A stretch of 64,000 nt of DNA, from assembly GCF_009914755.1 (NCBI RefSeq), contig NC_060931.1; one strand, written 5' to 3'. Under the pieces are notes generated by a model that was given only the letters and a program-made list of their open reading frames with translations, made no database searches and had not been told where the DNA came from. The translations under genes and the position numbers were made by a program. The first letter of the stretch is position 1; the number at the start of each line of letters is the position of its first letter. Source of the DNA: the human T2T-CHM13v2.0 reference genome, Homo sapiens. This document shows, piece by piece, positions 38,701 to 53,700 of the stretch.

Positions 38701-41700
38701 AGTGCAATGTAAAGATATCGAATGGAATGGAATGGAATGGAATGGAATGGAATGGAATGGAATGGACTCGAATGGAATGGACTGGAATTGACAGGAATGG
38801 TATGGACTGGAGTGGAATGGACTTGAAGGGAGTGGTCTGGAGTGGAACGGACCCGAATGGATTGGAAACGAATGGAATGGAATACAATGGAATGGAAAGG
38901 AATAGACTGGAATGGAAAAGGATGCAACCAAAAGGAATGGAATGAAATGGAATGGAGTCGAATGTAATAGAATTGAATGGAATGGCATTGAATGGAATAC
39001 AGTGGAAAGGATTCGAATGGAATGAACCCAAATGGAATAGAATAGAATGGAATACAATTGAATTGAATGGAATGGAATGGATTGGAATGGAATGGAATTG
39101 AATGGACCCAAAGGTAATGGGCTAGAATGAAATGGAATCAAATAGAATGGACTCGAAAGGAATGGTCTCGAACGAAATTTATTCGAATTTAATGGAATCG
39201 AAAGGAATGCAATAGTATGGAATGGAATCAAATGGAATGGACCGGAATGGAATGGACCGGAATGGAATGGACTGGAATACAGCAGACTCCAATGAAATGG
39301 ATTGAAATGTAATTGATTCGAATGGCTTGGAATCGAATGGAATGTAATCAAATAGAATGGAATGGAATGGAATGCAATGGAATGGAATAGAATGGAATGC
39401 AATGGAATCAAACGGATTGGAATCGAGTGGAATAGAATCGAATGGAATGGAACCGAATGGAATGGAATCGAATGGAATAGACTGGAACAAAATGGAATCG
39501 AACGGATAGGAAATGAATGGAAAGGAATGGAATGGAAGGTAATTTTATGGAATCAAAGAGAATGGAGTCGAATGGAATGGAAACGAACGGAATGAAATTG
39601 AATCGAACGGACTTGAATGGAATCAAAAGGAATATAATGGAATGGAGTGTAATGGAAAGATATCAAATGGAGTGGAATGGAATAGAAAGGACTCAAATGG
39701 AATGGACAGGAATGTAATGGACTCGATGGAATGGAATGACGCGGAATGTACTCGAATGACTGGAAACGAATAGAAAGGAATGGAATGAAATCGAATGGAA
39801 TGGAAAGGAATAGAATGGAATGGAATCGGATAGAAAGGAGTGTAAGGGAATGGAGTCGAAAGCAATAGAATCGAATGGAATGGCATCGAATGGTATGGAA
39901 TGGGATGGACACAAATGGAATGGCATCGAATGGAATGGAAAGGAATAGAATTGAATGGAATCGGATGGAATGGAATGTATGGGAATGGAGTCGAAAACAA
40001 TAGAATCGAATGGAATGGCATCGAATGGTATGGAATGAAATGGCATCGAATGGAATGGAAAGGAATGTAATGGAATGGAATGGACCCAAATGTAAGGGAC
40101 TCGAATGGAATAGACTCAAATAGAATAGACACGAAAGCAATGGTCTCGAATGGAATTTATTCGAATAGAATGGAATCGAATCACATGTAATCAAACGGAA
40201 CGGATCGGAATGGAATGGACTGGAATAAAGCGGACTCAAATGTAATGGATTGCAATGTAATGGACTCAAATAAAATGGACACAAAAACAATGGTCTCGAA
40301 TGTAATTTAATCGATTAGAATGGAATCGAGCAGAATGCAATAGTAGGGAATGGAATCAAATGGAATGGAATCAAAAGGAATGGATCAGAATGGAATGGAC
40401 TGGAATAAAGCGGACTCGAATGTAATGGATTGCAATGAAATTGATTCAAATAGAATTGAATGGAATGGAATGGAATCAAATGGAATCGAATGGAATACAA
40501 TGGAATGGAATAGAATGGAAAACAATGTAATGGAAAGGAACGGAGTGGAATCGAGTGGAATGGAATCGAATGGAATGGAATCGATTGCAATGGAAACAAG
40601 TGAAATGGAATCGAAAAAAATGGAGGTGGGAGAAAACGGAATCGAACGGATTGGAATCGAATGGACCGGAATGGAATGGAATGGACTCGAATGGAATGGA
40701 GTCGAATGGAATGGAAACGAATGGTATGGAATAGAATGGAATAGAATTGAATGGAATGGAGTGTAATAGAAAGATATGGAATGGAAGGCAATGAAATGGA
40801 ATGGACTCGAATGGAATGGACTGGAGTGGAATGCACTTGAATGGAGTGGAAACGAATGGAATGGAATGGAATGGAATGGAATGGAATGGAATGGAATTGA
40901 AGCAGATGGAATGGAATGGAATGGATGGGAGTCGAATGGAATGGAATTGAATGGAATGGCATCAGATGTGATGGAATGGAATGGAATGGAATGGAATGGG
41001 ATGGAGTGGAATGGAATGGAATTGTACTTGAATGGAATGGAGTCGAATGGAATAGAATCAAATTTAATGGCATCGAATGGAATGGAATGGAATGGACTCG
41101 AATGGAATGGAGTCGAATGGAATAGAAGCGAATCGAACGGCATCGAATGGAATGGGATGGAATGGCATGGAATTAAATTGACCCAAATGTAATGGACCTA
41201 AACGGAATGGACTCAAATAAAATGGAATCAAAAGGAACACTCTAGAATGGAATTCATTCAAAGAGAATCGAATTGAATTTAGTGAAATAGTTCGGAAAAG
41301 AATCGAATGGAATGGATCGGAAAGGATTGGACTGGAATAGAACCGAATTGAATGTAATAGATTGCAAAGTAATAGATTCAAATGGAATGGAAATGAATGG
41401 AATATGATCAACTGAAAGGAATGGAATGCAATGGAGTGGAATAGAATGGAATACAATAGAATGGAACGGAGTGGAATGGAGAGTAATTGAATCGAATGGA
41501 ATGGAATTGACTGGAATAAAGTGGAAATGAACGGATTGGAATTGAACGGAACTGAATGGAATGGAATGGAATGGAACATACTGGAATAGAATGGATTCCA
41601 ATGGAATTCAATCAAATGGAATGGATTCGAATAGAATGGAATTGAATGGTAACAAAAGGAATATAATGGAATGGAGGGTAAAGGGTAGATATCGAATGAA

Positions 41701-44700
41701 ATGGACTGGAATGGATTGGAAAGGAGTCAAATGGAATGGACTGGAATGGAATGTCCTCGAATGGAATGGAATCAATACTAATGTAATCCAATGCATTGGA
41801 ACGGAAATCAATGGAATGGAATAGAATGCAATGCAATGGAAAGGAATGGAGTGGAATCGACAAGAATGGAAAAGATTGGAATGGAATTGAATGGAATGGA
41901 ATCGAATGGAATGGACTGGAATGCAATGGACTAGAATTGAATGAATAGGAATGGAACGGAACGGAATGTAACGGAATGGAATGGAATGGAATCGAATGTA
42001 ATAGAGTCGAATGGAATGGAACCAAATTGAATGAAATCGAATGGAAAGGAACTTAATGTAATCGAAAGGAATAGAATGGAATGAAGTGTAATGAAAATAT
42101 ATAAAATCGAATTTAATGGAATGGAATGGAATGGAATGGAGTCAAAAGGCATGGAGTGGAATGGAAACGAAAGGAATAGACTTGAGTGGAAAGGACTTCA
42201 GAAGAATGGTCTGGAGGGGAATGGACTCGAATGCAATGGAAACGAATGGAATGGAATGGAATGTAAAGTAACAGACTGGAATGGAATGGGATAGAACGGA
42301 ATGGAATGGAAAGGACTCGAATGGAATGGACACGTATGGAATAGAATAGAATGGAATGCAATCGAATTAAATGGAATTGAATGGATTGGAATGGAATGGA
42401 ATGGAATGGCCATAAAGGTAATGGGCTCGAATGGAATGGAATCAAATAGAATGGACACAAAAGGAATGGACACGAATGGAATTTACTCGTATATAATTGA
42501 ATCTAATGGAATGAAATAGTATGAAATGGAATCGAAAGGAATGGAATCAAATTGAATGCACTGGAACGGAATGGAATGGAATATATTGGACTCGAATTTA
42601 GAGGATTGCAATGTGATTGATTCAAATGGAATGGTATCAAATGGACAGTAATCAAATGGACTAGAATGAAATCCAAAGGAATGGATTAGAATGGAATGCA
42701 ATGGAGTGGAAAGGAACGGAGTGGAATTGAGTGGAATGGAATCAAATTGAATGGAATCAAACGGAATGGAATCGAATGGAATGGACTTGGGACAAAAAGG
42801 AATCAAAAGGACTGGAAACAAATGGAACGGAATGAAATGGAATGGTATCAAATGGAATGACCTGAATGGAATGGAGTCGAATGGAATGTGACCGAATGGA
42901 ATGGAATCAATTGAAATGGAATTGAATGGAATGGAATTGAATTGAATGGACTATTATGAAAATATATCAAATGGAATGGAATGGAATGGACTCAAATCTA
43001 ATGGACTGGAATGTAATGCACTCCAATGGAACAGACTGAAGTGGAATGGACTCGAATGGAATGGAATGGAATGGAAAGGAATACAGTGGAATGGAATCAG
43101 ATGGAATGTAATGAAATCTCATGGGGTTGAATGGAATGGAATCGAATGGAATGGCATCAACTGGAATGGAATGGAATGGAATCGAGTGAAATGGACTCGA
43201 ATTGAATGGATTCAAATGGAATAGAATAGAATGCAATGCCATTGAATGGATTGGAATGGAATGGAATAGAATGGATCCAAACTTAATGGATTCAAATGGA
43301 ATGTACTCAAATAGAATGGACTTGAAAGGAATGGGCTCGAAAGTAATGGACTGGAAAAAAATGGATTTGATCAGATTGAAATAGAACAGAATGGAATGGA
43401 GTGGAATGGATTGGAATGGGATCGAATGGAATGGAGTCAAATGGAACGGAACCAAATGGAATGCAATCGAATGGAATGGAATTGAATGGAACAGAAAGGA
43501 ATAGAATGGAATGGAGTGGAAACGAACGTTATCGAATGTAATGAAATTGAATGGAATCTACAGGAATGGACTCAAATGGAATGGACTGGAGTGGAATGGA
43601 CTTGAATGGAATGGGCTGGAGTGGAATGGACTCGAAAGAAATGGAAATGAAACCAATGGAATGGAAAGGAATAGACTGAAATAGAATGGCATGGAACAGA
43701 AAGGAATGCAAAGGAATGAAATAGAGTCGAATGGAATAGAATGGAATGGAATGGAACGGAACGGAACGGAATGGAATGGAATGCACTGGACTTCAATGGA
43801 CTGGAATAGAGCAGACACGAAGGTAATGAATTGCAATGTAATAGAATCGAAAGGAATGAAATCAAATGTAATGGAAACGAATGGATTGGCAACGAATGGA
43901 AAGGAATGGAATGCACCCAAATGTAATGGACTCGACAACAATGGGCCCAAATAGAATGCACTCGGAAAGAATGGTCTCAAATGGCATTTATTCGAATAGA
44001 ATGGAATCACATAGAATGCAATAATATGGAATGGAATTGAATGGAATGGAATAGAATGGAATGGAGCAGATTGGAATGGACTGGAATAGAAAGGACTCGA
44101 ATGTAGTGGATTGCAATGTAATTGATTTGAACGCAATAGAAGCGAATGGAATGTAATCAAAAGGAAAGGAATGGACTGCAATGGAATGCAATAGAATATA
44201 ATGCAATGGAATGGAATGGAGTGGAATCGAGTGGAATGGCATCGAATGGAATGGAAAGGAATGGAATGAAATAAAATGGAATTGAATGGAATTGAAAGGA
44301 ATAGAATGGAATGGAGCATAATGGAAAGATATCCAATGGAATGGAATGTAATGGAATTGACACGAATGCAATGGACTGAAATGGAATGGAATCCAATGGA
44401 ATGGACTGGAATGGAATGGACTCAAATGTAATGGAAAACAATGGAGTGGAATGGAATGGAAAGGAATAGAACAGGATGGAATCGTATGGAATGGAATGGA
44501 ATGGAATGGAATGGAATGGAATGGAGTCAAATGGAATAGAGTCGAATGGAATGGCTTTGAACGGAATGGAATGGAAGGGAATGGAATTGTATGCAACCAA
44601 ATGGAATGGACTCTAATGAAATTGAATCGAATGGAATGGTATCGAATGTAATGGAATGGAATGGAATGGACCACAATGTAATGGACCCGATTGGAAGGGA

Positions 44701-47700
44701 ATGGAATGGAATGGAATGGACCCAAATGTAATGGACCCAAATGGAAGGGAGTCAAATACAATAGACTCGAAAAGAATAGTTTCAAATGAAATTTATTCAA
44801 ATACAATGGAACTGAATGCAATGCAATAGTATGAAATTGATTTGAATGGAATGGAATCAAACGGAATGGAAAAGAATGGAATGGACTGGAATAGAATGAA
44901 CTCGAATTGAATGGATTGTGATGTAATAGATTCAAATGTTATAGAATCGAATTGAATGTATTCAAATGGAATGGAATGAAATGCAATGGAACAGAATAGA
45001 ATGGAATGCAAATGAATGGAACAGAGTGGAGTCGAGTGCAATGGAATCGAATGGATTGGAATGAAATGAGAGGGAATGGAATGGAATACATTCGAACGGA
45101 CTGGCCTGGAACAAAATTGAATCGAACGGATTGGAACCAAATGGAAAGTAATTGAATGGAATGGCCTCGAATGGAATAGAGTCTAAATAAATGGAATTTC
45201 ATTGAATGGAGTCGAATGAAACGGAATTGAATCGAATCAAAAAGAATAGAATCGAATGGAGTATGATGGAAATACATAGAATGGAATGGAATGGAGTGGA
45301 CTACAATGGAATGGACTGGAGTGGAATGGACAAGAATGCAATGGACTGGAGTGGAATGGATACGAATGGAACGGAAACGAATGGAATGGAAAGGAAAAGG
45401 AATGAATGGATTCAGATGGAACGGAATGGAATGTAATGGAGTCGGATGGAATAGAATGGAATGGAATGGCATCGAATGGAAGGAAATTGAATGGACTTGA
45501 ACGGAATAGACCTGAATGGAATAGAATACAAAGGAATGGCATCGAATTGAATGGAATGGAATGGATTGGAATGGAGTAGAATAAAATGGACTGAAAGGTA
45601 ATGGGCACGAAAGGAATGGACACAAATAGAATGAACTCGAAAGGAATGGTCTCAAATGGAATTTATTCCAATAGAATTGATTCGAATGGAATGCAACAGT
45701 ATGGAATGGAATCGAATGGAATAGGATTGAATTGAAAGGAACGGAACGGAATGGTCTGGAATAGAACAAACTCCCATGTAATCGATTGCAAAGTAATTGC
45801 TTTGAATGAAATGGAATCAAATGGAATGTAATCAAATGGAATGAAATGGAATGGAATAAATTGGAATACAATGGTATAGAATGGAGTGGAATCGAGTGCA
45901 ATGGAATCGAAAGAAATGGAATAGAATGGAATGGAATCAAATGAAAGGTACTGGAATGGAAAGTATTCGAATGGAATGGAGAGGAACAAAACGGGATCGA
46001 ACGGATTGGAATCGAATGGAACGGAATGGAATGGAATGGAATGGACTCGAAAGGAATGCAGTCGAATGGAATGGAATCAAATGGAATGGAATAGAAAGGA
46101 ATGGAATTAATTGGAATCGAAAGCAATAGAAAGGAATCGAGAGTAATAGAAATATATCGAATGGAATGGAATGGAATGGAATTGACTGGAATAGACTGGA
46201 ATTGAATAGACTCGAATGGAATGGACTGGAGTGGAATGGACTCAAATGGAATGAAAAAGAATGGATTGGATAGAATAGAATGGAATGGAATCATATAGAA
46301 TGGATTGGAATGGAATGGAAAGGAATAGAATGGAATGGAATGGAATAAAAAGGAATAGCATGGAATGGAATCAGATGGAAGAGAATGGAATAAAATGGAG
46401 CCGAATGGAATAGAATCAAATGGAATGCCATCGAATGGAAGGGAATGGAATGGAATGGAATGGACTCGAATGGAATGGAATCGAATGGAATAAAATGAAA
46501 TGGAATGGCCTCGAATGGAATGGAATGGAATTTAATGGAATGGAATGGAATGGAATACACCCAAATGCAATGGACTCGCTTAGAATGGAATCAAATACAA
46601 TGGACTGAAAGGGAATGGTCTCGAATGGAATTCATTCAAATAGAATTTAATTGAATGCAATGAAATATTATGGAATGGAATCCAGGGGAAGGGAATCCAA
46701 TGGAATGGACTGCAATGGAATGGACTGGAATACAACAGACTCAAATATAATGAATTACAATATAATTAATTCGAATGGAATGCAATCGAATGCAATGTAA
46801 TCAAATGGAATGGAATGGAATGGAATAGAATGGAATGCATTGGAATGGAACAGAGTTGATTGGAATGGAATCAAACGGAATGGAATCAAATGGAATGGAC
46901 TGGAATGGAATGGACTCCAATGGAATGGACTGGAAAAAAATGGAATAGTACGGATTGCAATAGAGCAGAACGGAATTGAATGGAATGGAATGGAATAGTC
47001 TCGAATTGAATGAAGTCGAATGGAATGGAACAGAATGGAAGGGAATCAAATGGAATGGAACCGAATAGAAGGGAATCGAATGGAATGGAATCGAATGGAA
47101 TAGAAAGGAATAGAATGGAAGGGAGTGTAATGGAAATATACCGAAAGGAATGGAATGGAATGGAAGGGACTCGAAAGATACGAACTGGAATGGAATCGAC
47201 TAGAATGGAATGGAATGGAAGGGAATGCACTCGAATGGAATGGAAACGAATGGGATGGAAAGGAATGGAAAGGATTACAATGGAATGGAAAGGGATGGAA
47301 AGAAATTGATTGGAATGGAGTCGAATGGAATGGAAGTGAATAGATTGGCATCGAATGGAATAGAATGGAATAGACACGAATAGAATTTACTCGAATGAAG
47401 TAGAATAGAGTGGAATAGCATCGAGTGGAATGGAATGGAATGGAACCAAATGGAATGGACTCGAATGGAATGGACTCAAAGAGAATGCACTGAAAACGAA
47501 TGGAATCGAATAGAATTTATTTTAAAATAATGGAATTGAATGGAATGCAATAGCATGGAATGGAATCGAACGGAATGGAATTGAATGGAATGGACAGGAA
47601 TGGAATGGACTGAAACAGAACGTACTCAAATGTGATAGATTGCAATGTAATTGATTGAAATGTAATGGAATCTAATTGAAAGTAATCAAATGGAATGGAA

Positions 47701-50700
47701 TGGAATGCAATGGAACAGAGTAGAATGGAAGGTAATGGAATAGAATGGAGGGGAATGGACTGAAATACAATGGAATGGAATGGAATGAAGTGGAATGGAA
47801 TGGACTCGAAATGAATGCAGTCGAAAGGAATGGAAGTGAAAGGAATGGAATCGAATGGAATTGAAAATAATAGAACGGAATGGAATGTATTGGAAAGATA
47901 TCAAATGGAATAGAATATAAGCGAATGGAATGGACTGGAATAGTATGGACTCGAATGGAATGCATTTTCGTGGAATGGACACAAAAGGAATGGAAACGAA
48001 TGGAATGGAATGGAAAGGAATAGAATGAAATGGAATCGGATATAATGGAATTGAATGCAATGGAGTTGAATGGAATAGTATCAAATGGAATGGCAGCAAA
48101 TAGAATGGAATGGAATGTCAGGGAATGGGCTCGAATTGAATGGGCTCGAATTGAATGGACTCGAATGGAATAGAATGGAATAGAATGGAATACAATTGTA
48201 TTGAATGGAATGGAATGGAATGGAATGGAATGGAATCAATCCAAATGTAATGGACTCAAATGGCATGGACTCATAGAATGATGTCAAAAGGAATGGTCTT
48301 GAATGGAATTTATTCGAATAGAATGGAACCCAATGGAATTCAATAGTATGAAATGGAAGAGAATGGAATGGAATAGAATGGAATGGACTGGAATAGGAAG
48401 GACACAAATGTAATGGATTGCAATGTAATACATAGCAAAGGAATGGAATCGAATGGAATGATATCCAAAGAAATGGAAAGGATTGCAATGGAATGGAATG
48501 GAATGGAATGGATTGGAATGGATCGAAGTGGAATAGACTGGAATGGAATCGAATGGAATGGAATCGAATGGAGTGGACTGGAATGGAATAGACTGGAATA
48601 GGACTGAATGGAATGTAATGGATTGCAATGTAATTTATTTGAATGGAATATATTCAAATGGAATGTAATGAAATGGAATGGAATGGTATGCAATTGAATG
48701 GAATAGAATGGAATGCAATAAAAGGGAACGGACTGGAATTGAGTGGAATGGAAACGAATGGAATGGAATCATTTGGAATGGAATCGAATAGAATGGACCA
48801 AAATGGAATGGAGTGGAATAGAACCGATAGGTATGTAATGGATTGCAACGTATTTCATTTGAATGGAATGGATTCAAATGGGATGTAATCAAATGGATTG
48901 GAATGGTATGCAATGGAATGGAATAGAATGCAATGCAATAAAGGGGAACGGGGTGGAATCGAGTGGAATGGAATAGAAAGGAATGGAATAGTATCGATTG
49001 GAATCAAATGGCATGAACTGGAATCGAATGCAATGTAATCAAATGGAACGGAATCGAATGGCATGCATTGGAATGGAATGGACTGGAACAAAAGTGAATC
49101 AAACAGATAGGAATCAAACAAAACGGAAAGGAATGGAATTGAATGGAATTGAATGGACTCGAATGGAATGGAGTCAAATGGAAAGGAACCGAATGGAAAG
49201 GATTTCAATTGAATGGAATCGAATGGAGTGGAGTCAAATGAAAAGGAACCGAATGGAATGGAATCGAATGGAATGGAATTGAATGGAATCGAAAGGAATA
49301 GAATGGAATGCAGTGTAATGGAAAGATATCAAATGAAATGCAATGCACTCGAATGGAATGCACTCAAAGGGAAAGAAATCGAATGGAATGCAATAGAATG
49401 GAATAGAATTGAATAGAATCAAAAGGAATAGAATCGAGTGGAGTTTAATGGAAAGATATTGAATGGAAAGGAATGGAATGGAATGGATTGGAATGGACTG
49501 GCATGGAATGGATTGGAGAGGAATGGACTCGAATGGAAAAGAAATGAATGGAATGGAATGGATTGGAAAGGAATGTAATATAATGGAATGGAATTGGATG
49601 GAAAGGAATGGCATGCAATGGAGTCGAATGGAATAGAATCGAATGGAATGGCTTCGAATGGAATGCAATGTAATGCAATGTACTTGAATGGAATGGGCTC
49701 AAATGGAATAGAATCGAATGGAATGGCATTGAATGGAATTGAACGGAATGGAATGGAATGGAATGGACTCGAAAGAAATGGAAACGAATGGAATGGAATG
49801 GAATGGAATGGAAAGGAATAGAATGGAATGGAATGGGATGGAACAAAATGGAATGGATTGGAGTCGAAAGGAACAGAATCGAATGGAACGGCATCGAATG
49901 GAATGGAATGGAATGGAGTGGAATGGACTCAAACGGAATGGATTCCAATGGAATAGAAAGGAATGGAATGCCATCAAATGGATGGGAATGTAATGGAATG
50001 GACACACATGTAACGGACTCGAATTTAATGGACTCAAATAGAATGGACTAGAAAGGAAGGGTCTCAAATGGAATTTATTTGAATAGAATGCAATCGAATG
50101 GAATGGAATAGTTTGGAATGGAATCGAATGGAATGCAATCGAATGGAATCGACTGGATTAGAAAGGAATGGAATGTAATGGATTGCTATGTAATTGAATA
50201 GAAAGGAATGGTATTGAACGGAATGTAATCAAATGGAATGGAATGGAATGGAATAGAATGGAAGGCAAAGGAATGGAATGGTGTGGAATCGATAGGAATG
50301 GAATCTAAAGGAGTGGAATCGAATTGAATGACCTGGGATGGAATTGACTCGAATTGAATGGACTGGAAAAAAATGGAATCGAACGGATTGGAATGCAATG
50401 GAACGGAATGGAATAGAATGCAATGGAATGGACTCGAATGGAATGGGGTCGAATGTAATGGAAGCAAATGGAATGGAATTGAATGGAATTGAAAGGAATA
50501 GAATGGAATGGAGTGTAATGGAAAGATATTGAGTGAAATGGAAAGTTATCGAATGTAATGGAATAGAATGGTCTCGAATGGAATGGACTGGAATGGAAAG
50601 GACTTGAATTGAATGGACTGGAGTGGAATGGACACGAATGGAATGGAAACGAATGGAATTGAATGGAAAGGTACAGAATCGAATGGAAAGGAATAGAAGG

Positions 50701-53700
50701 GAACGAATTAGGATGGAATGGAATGGAATGGAATGGAGTCGAATGGAATAGCGTCGAATGGAATGGTATTGACTGGAATGGAATGGAATGGACTCGAAAG
50801 GAATGGAAACGAATGGAATGGAAAGGAATAGAATGGAATGGAATGGGATGGAACAAAATGGAATGGATTGGAGTCGAAAGAAACAGAATCGAATGGAACA
50901 GCATCGAATGGAATGGAATGGAATGCAGTGGAATGGACTCAAATGGAATGGACTCAAATGGAATATAATGGAATGTAATGCCATCAAATGGATGGGAATG
51001 GAATGGAATGGATACACACGTAATGGACTCGAATTTAATGGACTCAAATACAATGCACTCGAAGGGAATAGTCTCGCATGGAACTTATTCGACTAGAATG
51101 GAAACGAATGGGATGCAAAAGTATGGATAGGAATCGAAAGGAATGGAATCGCATGGAATGGACCGGAATGGAATGGAGTGGAATAGAATGGACTCGAATG
51201 GAATGGACTACAATGTAATGGAATCGAATAGAATGGAATGGAATGGAATGGAATCAAATGGAATTGAATGGAATGCCATGGAACGGAATAGAATGGAATG
51301 CAGTGGAATGGAACGGAATGGAGTGGAATCAAGTGGAATGGAATCGAAAGTAATTGAATTGAATGGAATGGAATCGAATGGAATGGATTCAAATGGAGTG
51401 GATTGGAACATAGTGGAATGAAAAGGATGGGAATTGAACGAAACTGAATGGAATGGAATGGAAAGAAATTCAATGAAATGCGATGGACTTGATTGGAATG
51501 GAACCGAACGGAATTGAATTGAACAGAATGGAATTGAATGGAATTGATAGGAATATAATGGAATGGAGTGTAATGGAAAGAAATCGAATGGAATGGAAAG
51601 GAATGGAATGGACAAGAATGGAATGGACTCGAACGGAATTGACTGAAGTGGAATGCACTCGAATGGAATAGAATGGAATGGAATGGCATAGAATGGAATG
51701 GAGTGAAATGGAATGGAATAGAAAGGAATGGAATGGAATGGAATCGGGTGGAACGGAATCGAAAGGAATGGAGTCAAATGGAATACAATCGAATGGAATG
51801 ACATCGAACGTACTGGAATGGAATGGACTAAAATGGAATTGTCTCGAATGGAAAGAAGAGAATGGAATGGCATCGAATGGATTGGAATGAAATGGATTGG
51901 AATAGAATGGAATGGAATGGAATGGAATGGAATGTATTGGACACAAATGTAAAGGACAAAAATGGAATGCACTCAAGTAGAATGCAATCGAAAAGAATGG
52001 TCTCGAATGGAATTTATTCAACTACAATTGAATCAAACAGAATGCAATAGTATGGAATGGAATAGAATGGAATGGTATCGAATGGAATGGAATCAAATGG
52101 AATGAACCAGAATGGAATTGACAGGAACGGAACTGAATCGAATGTAATGGATTGCAATGTAATTTATTTGAATCTAATGTATTCAAATGAAATGTAATCA
52201 ATTGGAGTGGAATGTTATGCAATGGAATGGAATAGAATGGAATACAATAAAAGGGAATGGAGTGGAATTGAGAGGAATGGAATCGAATCATATCGAATGG
52301 AATCGAATTGAATGGATCGGAATGGAAAGGACTGGAATAGAACGGACTCAAATATAATGGATTGCAAAGTAATTTATTTGAATGGAATGGATTCAAATGG
52401 AATGTAATAGAATGGAGGAGAATGGTATGCAATGGAATGGAATAGAATGGCATGCAATAAAGGGGAACGGAGAGGAATCAAGAGGAATGGAATAAAATGG
52501 AATTGAATCGAATGGAATGGAATTGAAAGCATAGACTGGAATCAAATTGAATGTAATCGAATGTTATGGAATCGAATTGCATGGACTGGAATGGAATGGA
52601 CTCGAATGGAGCGGACTGGAACAAAATGGAATCAAACAGATTGGAATCGAACAGAACAGAATGGAATGGAATGGAATGGAATTGAATGGACTCCAATGGA
52701 ATGGAGTCAAATGGAAAGGAACTGATTGGAATGGAATCGAATGGAATGGAATTGAATGGAATCAAAAATAAAAGAATGGAATGGAGTGTAACGGAAAAAT
52801 ATCGAATGGAATGCAATGGACTCGAATGGATTGGAGTCGAATGGAATGAAATCGAATGGAATGGAATCGAATGGAATGGAATTGAATAGAATCGAAAGGA
52901 ATAGAATCGAATGGAGTTTAATGGAAACATATCAAATGGAAAGGAATGGAATGGAGTGGATTCGAATGGAATGGAATGGAATGGATTGGCATGGAATGGA
53001 CTGTGGAGGATTGGACTCGAATGGAAAGGAAATGAATGGAATGGAAAGGAGTGGAAAGGAATGGAATATAATGGAATGGAATAGGATGGAACGGAATGGA
53101 AAGGAATGGAGTCGAATGGAATAGAATTGCATGGAATGGCATCAGATGAAATGGAATGGAATGGAATGGACTCGAATGGAATGGACTCGAATGGACAGAA
53201 TCGAATGGAATGGCATCGAAAGGATTGGAATGGAATGGCATGGAAAAAATGTAATGGATTCGAATGGAATGCACTGAAATAGAATGGACTCGAAAGGTAT
53301 GGTCTTGAATGGAATTTATTCGAATAGAATGGAATCAAATGGAATGCAATAGTATGGAAAGGAATCGAAAGTCCTGGACTCGAATGGAATGGACCGGAAT
53401 GGATTGGAGTGGAATAGAATGGGCTCGAATGTTACAGCACATAATGTAATTGATTTGAAAGGAATGGAATTGCATGTAATGTAATCAAATGGAATGGAAT
53501 TGAATGTCATGGAATGGAATGGAATGGAATGCTATGGAATGGAACGGAATTGAAAATAGAGGAATGGAATCAAATGGAATGAAATCGAATGGAATGGAAT
53601 TGAATGGAATGGACTGCAATGGAATGGACTGACATGGAATGGACGTGAGAGGATTGGATACAAATGGAAAGGAAATGAATGGAGTGGAATGGAATGGAAA

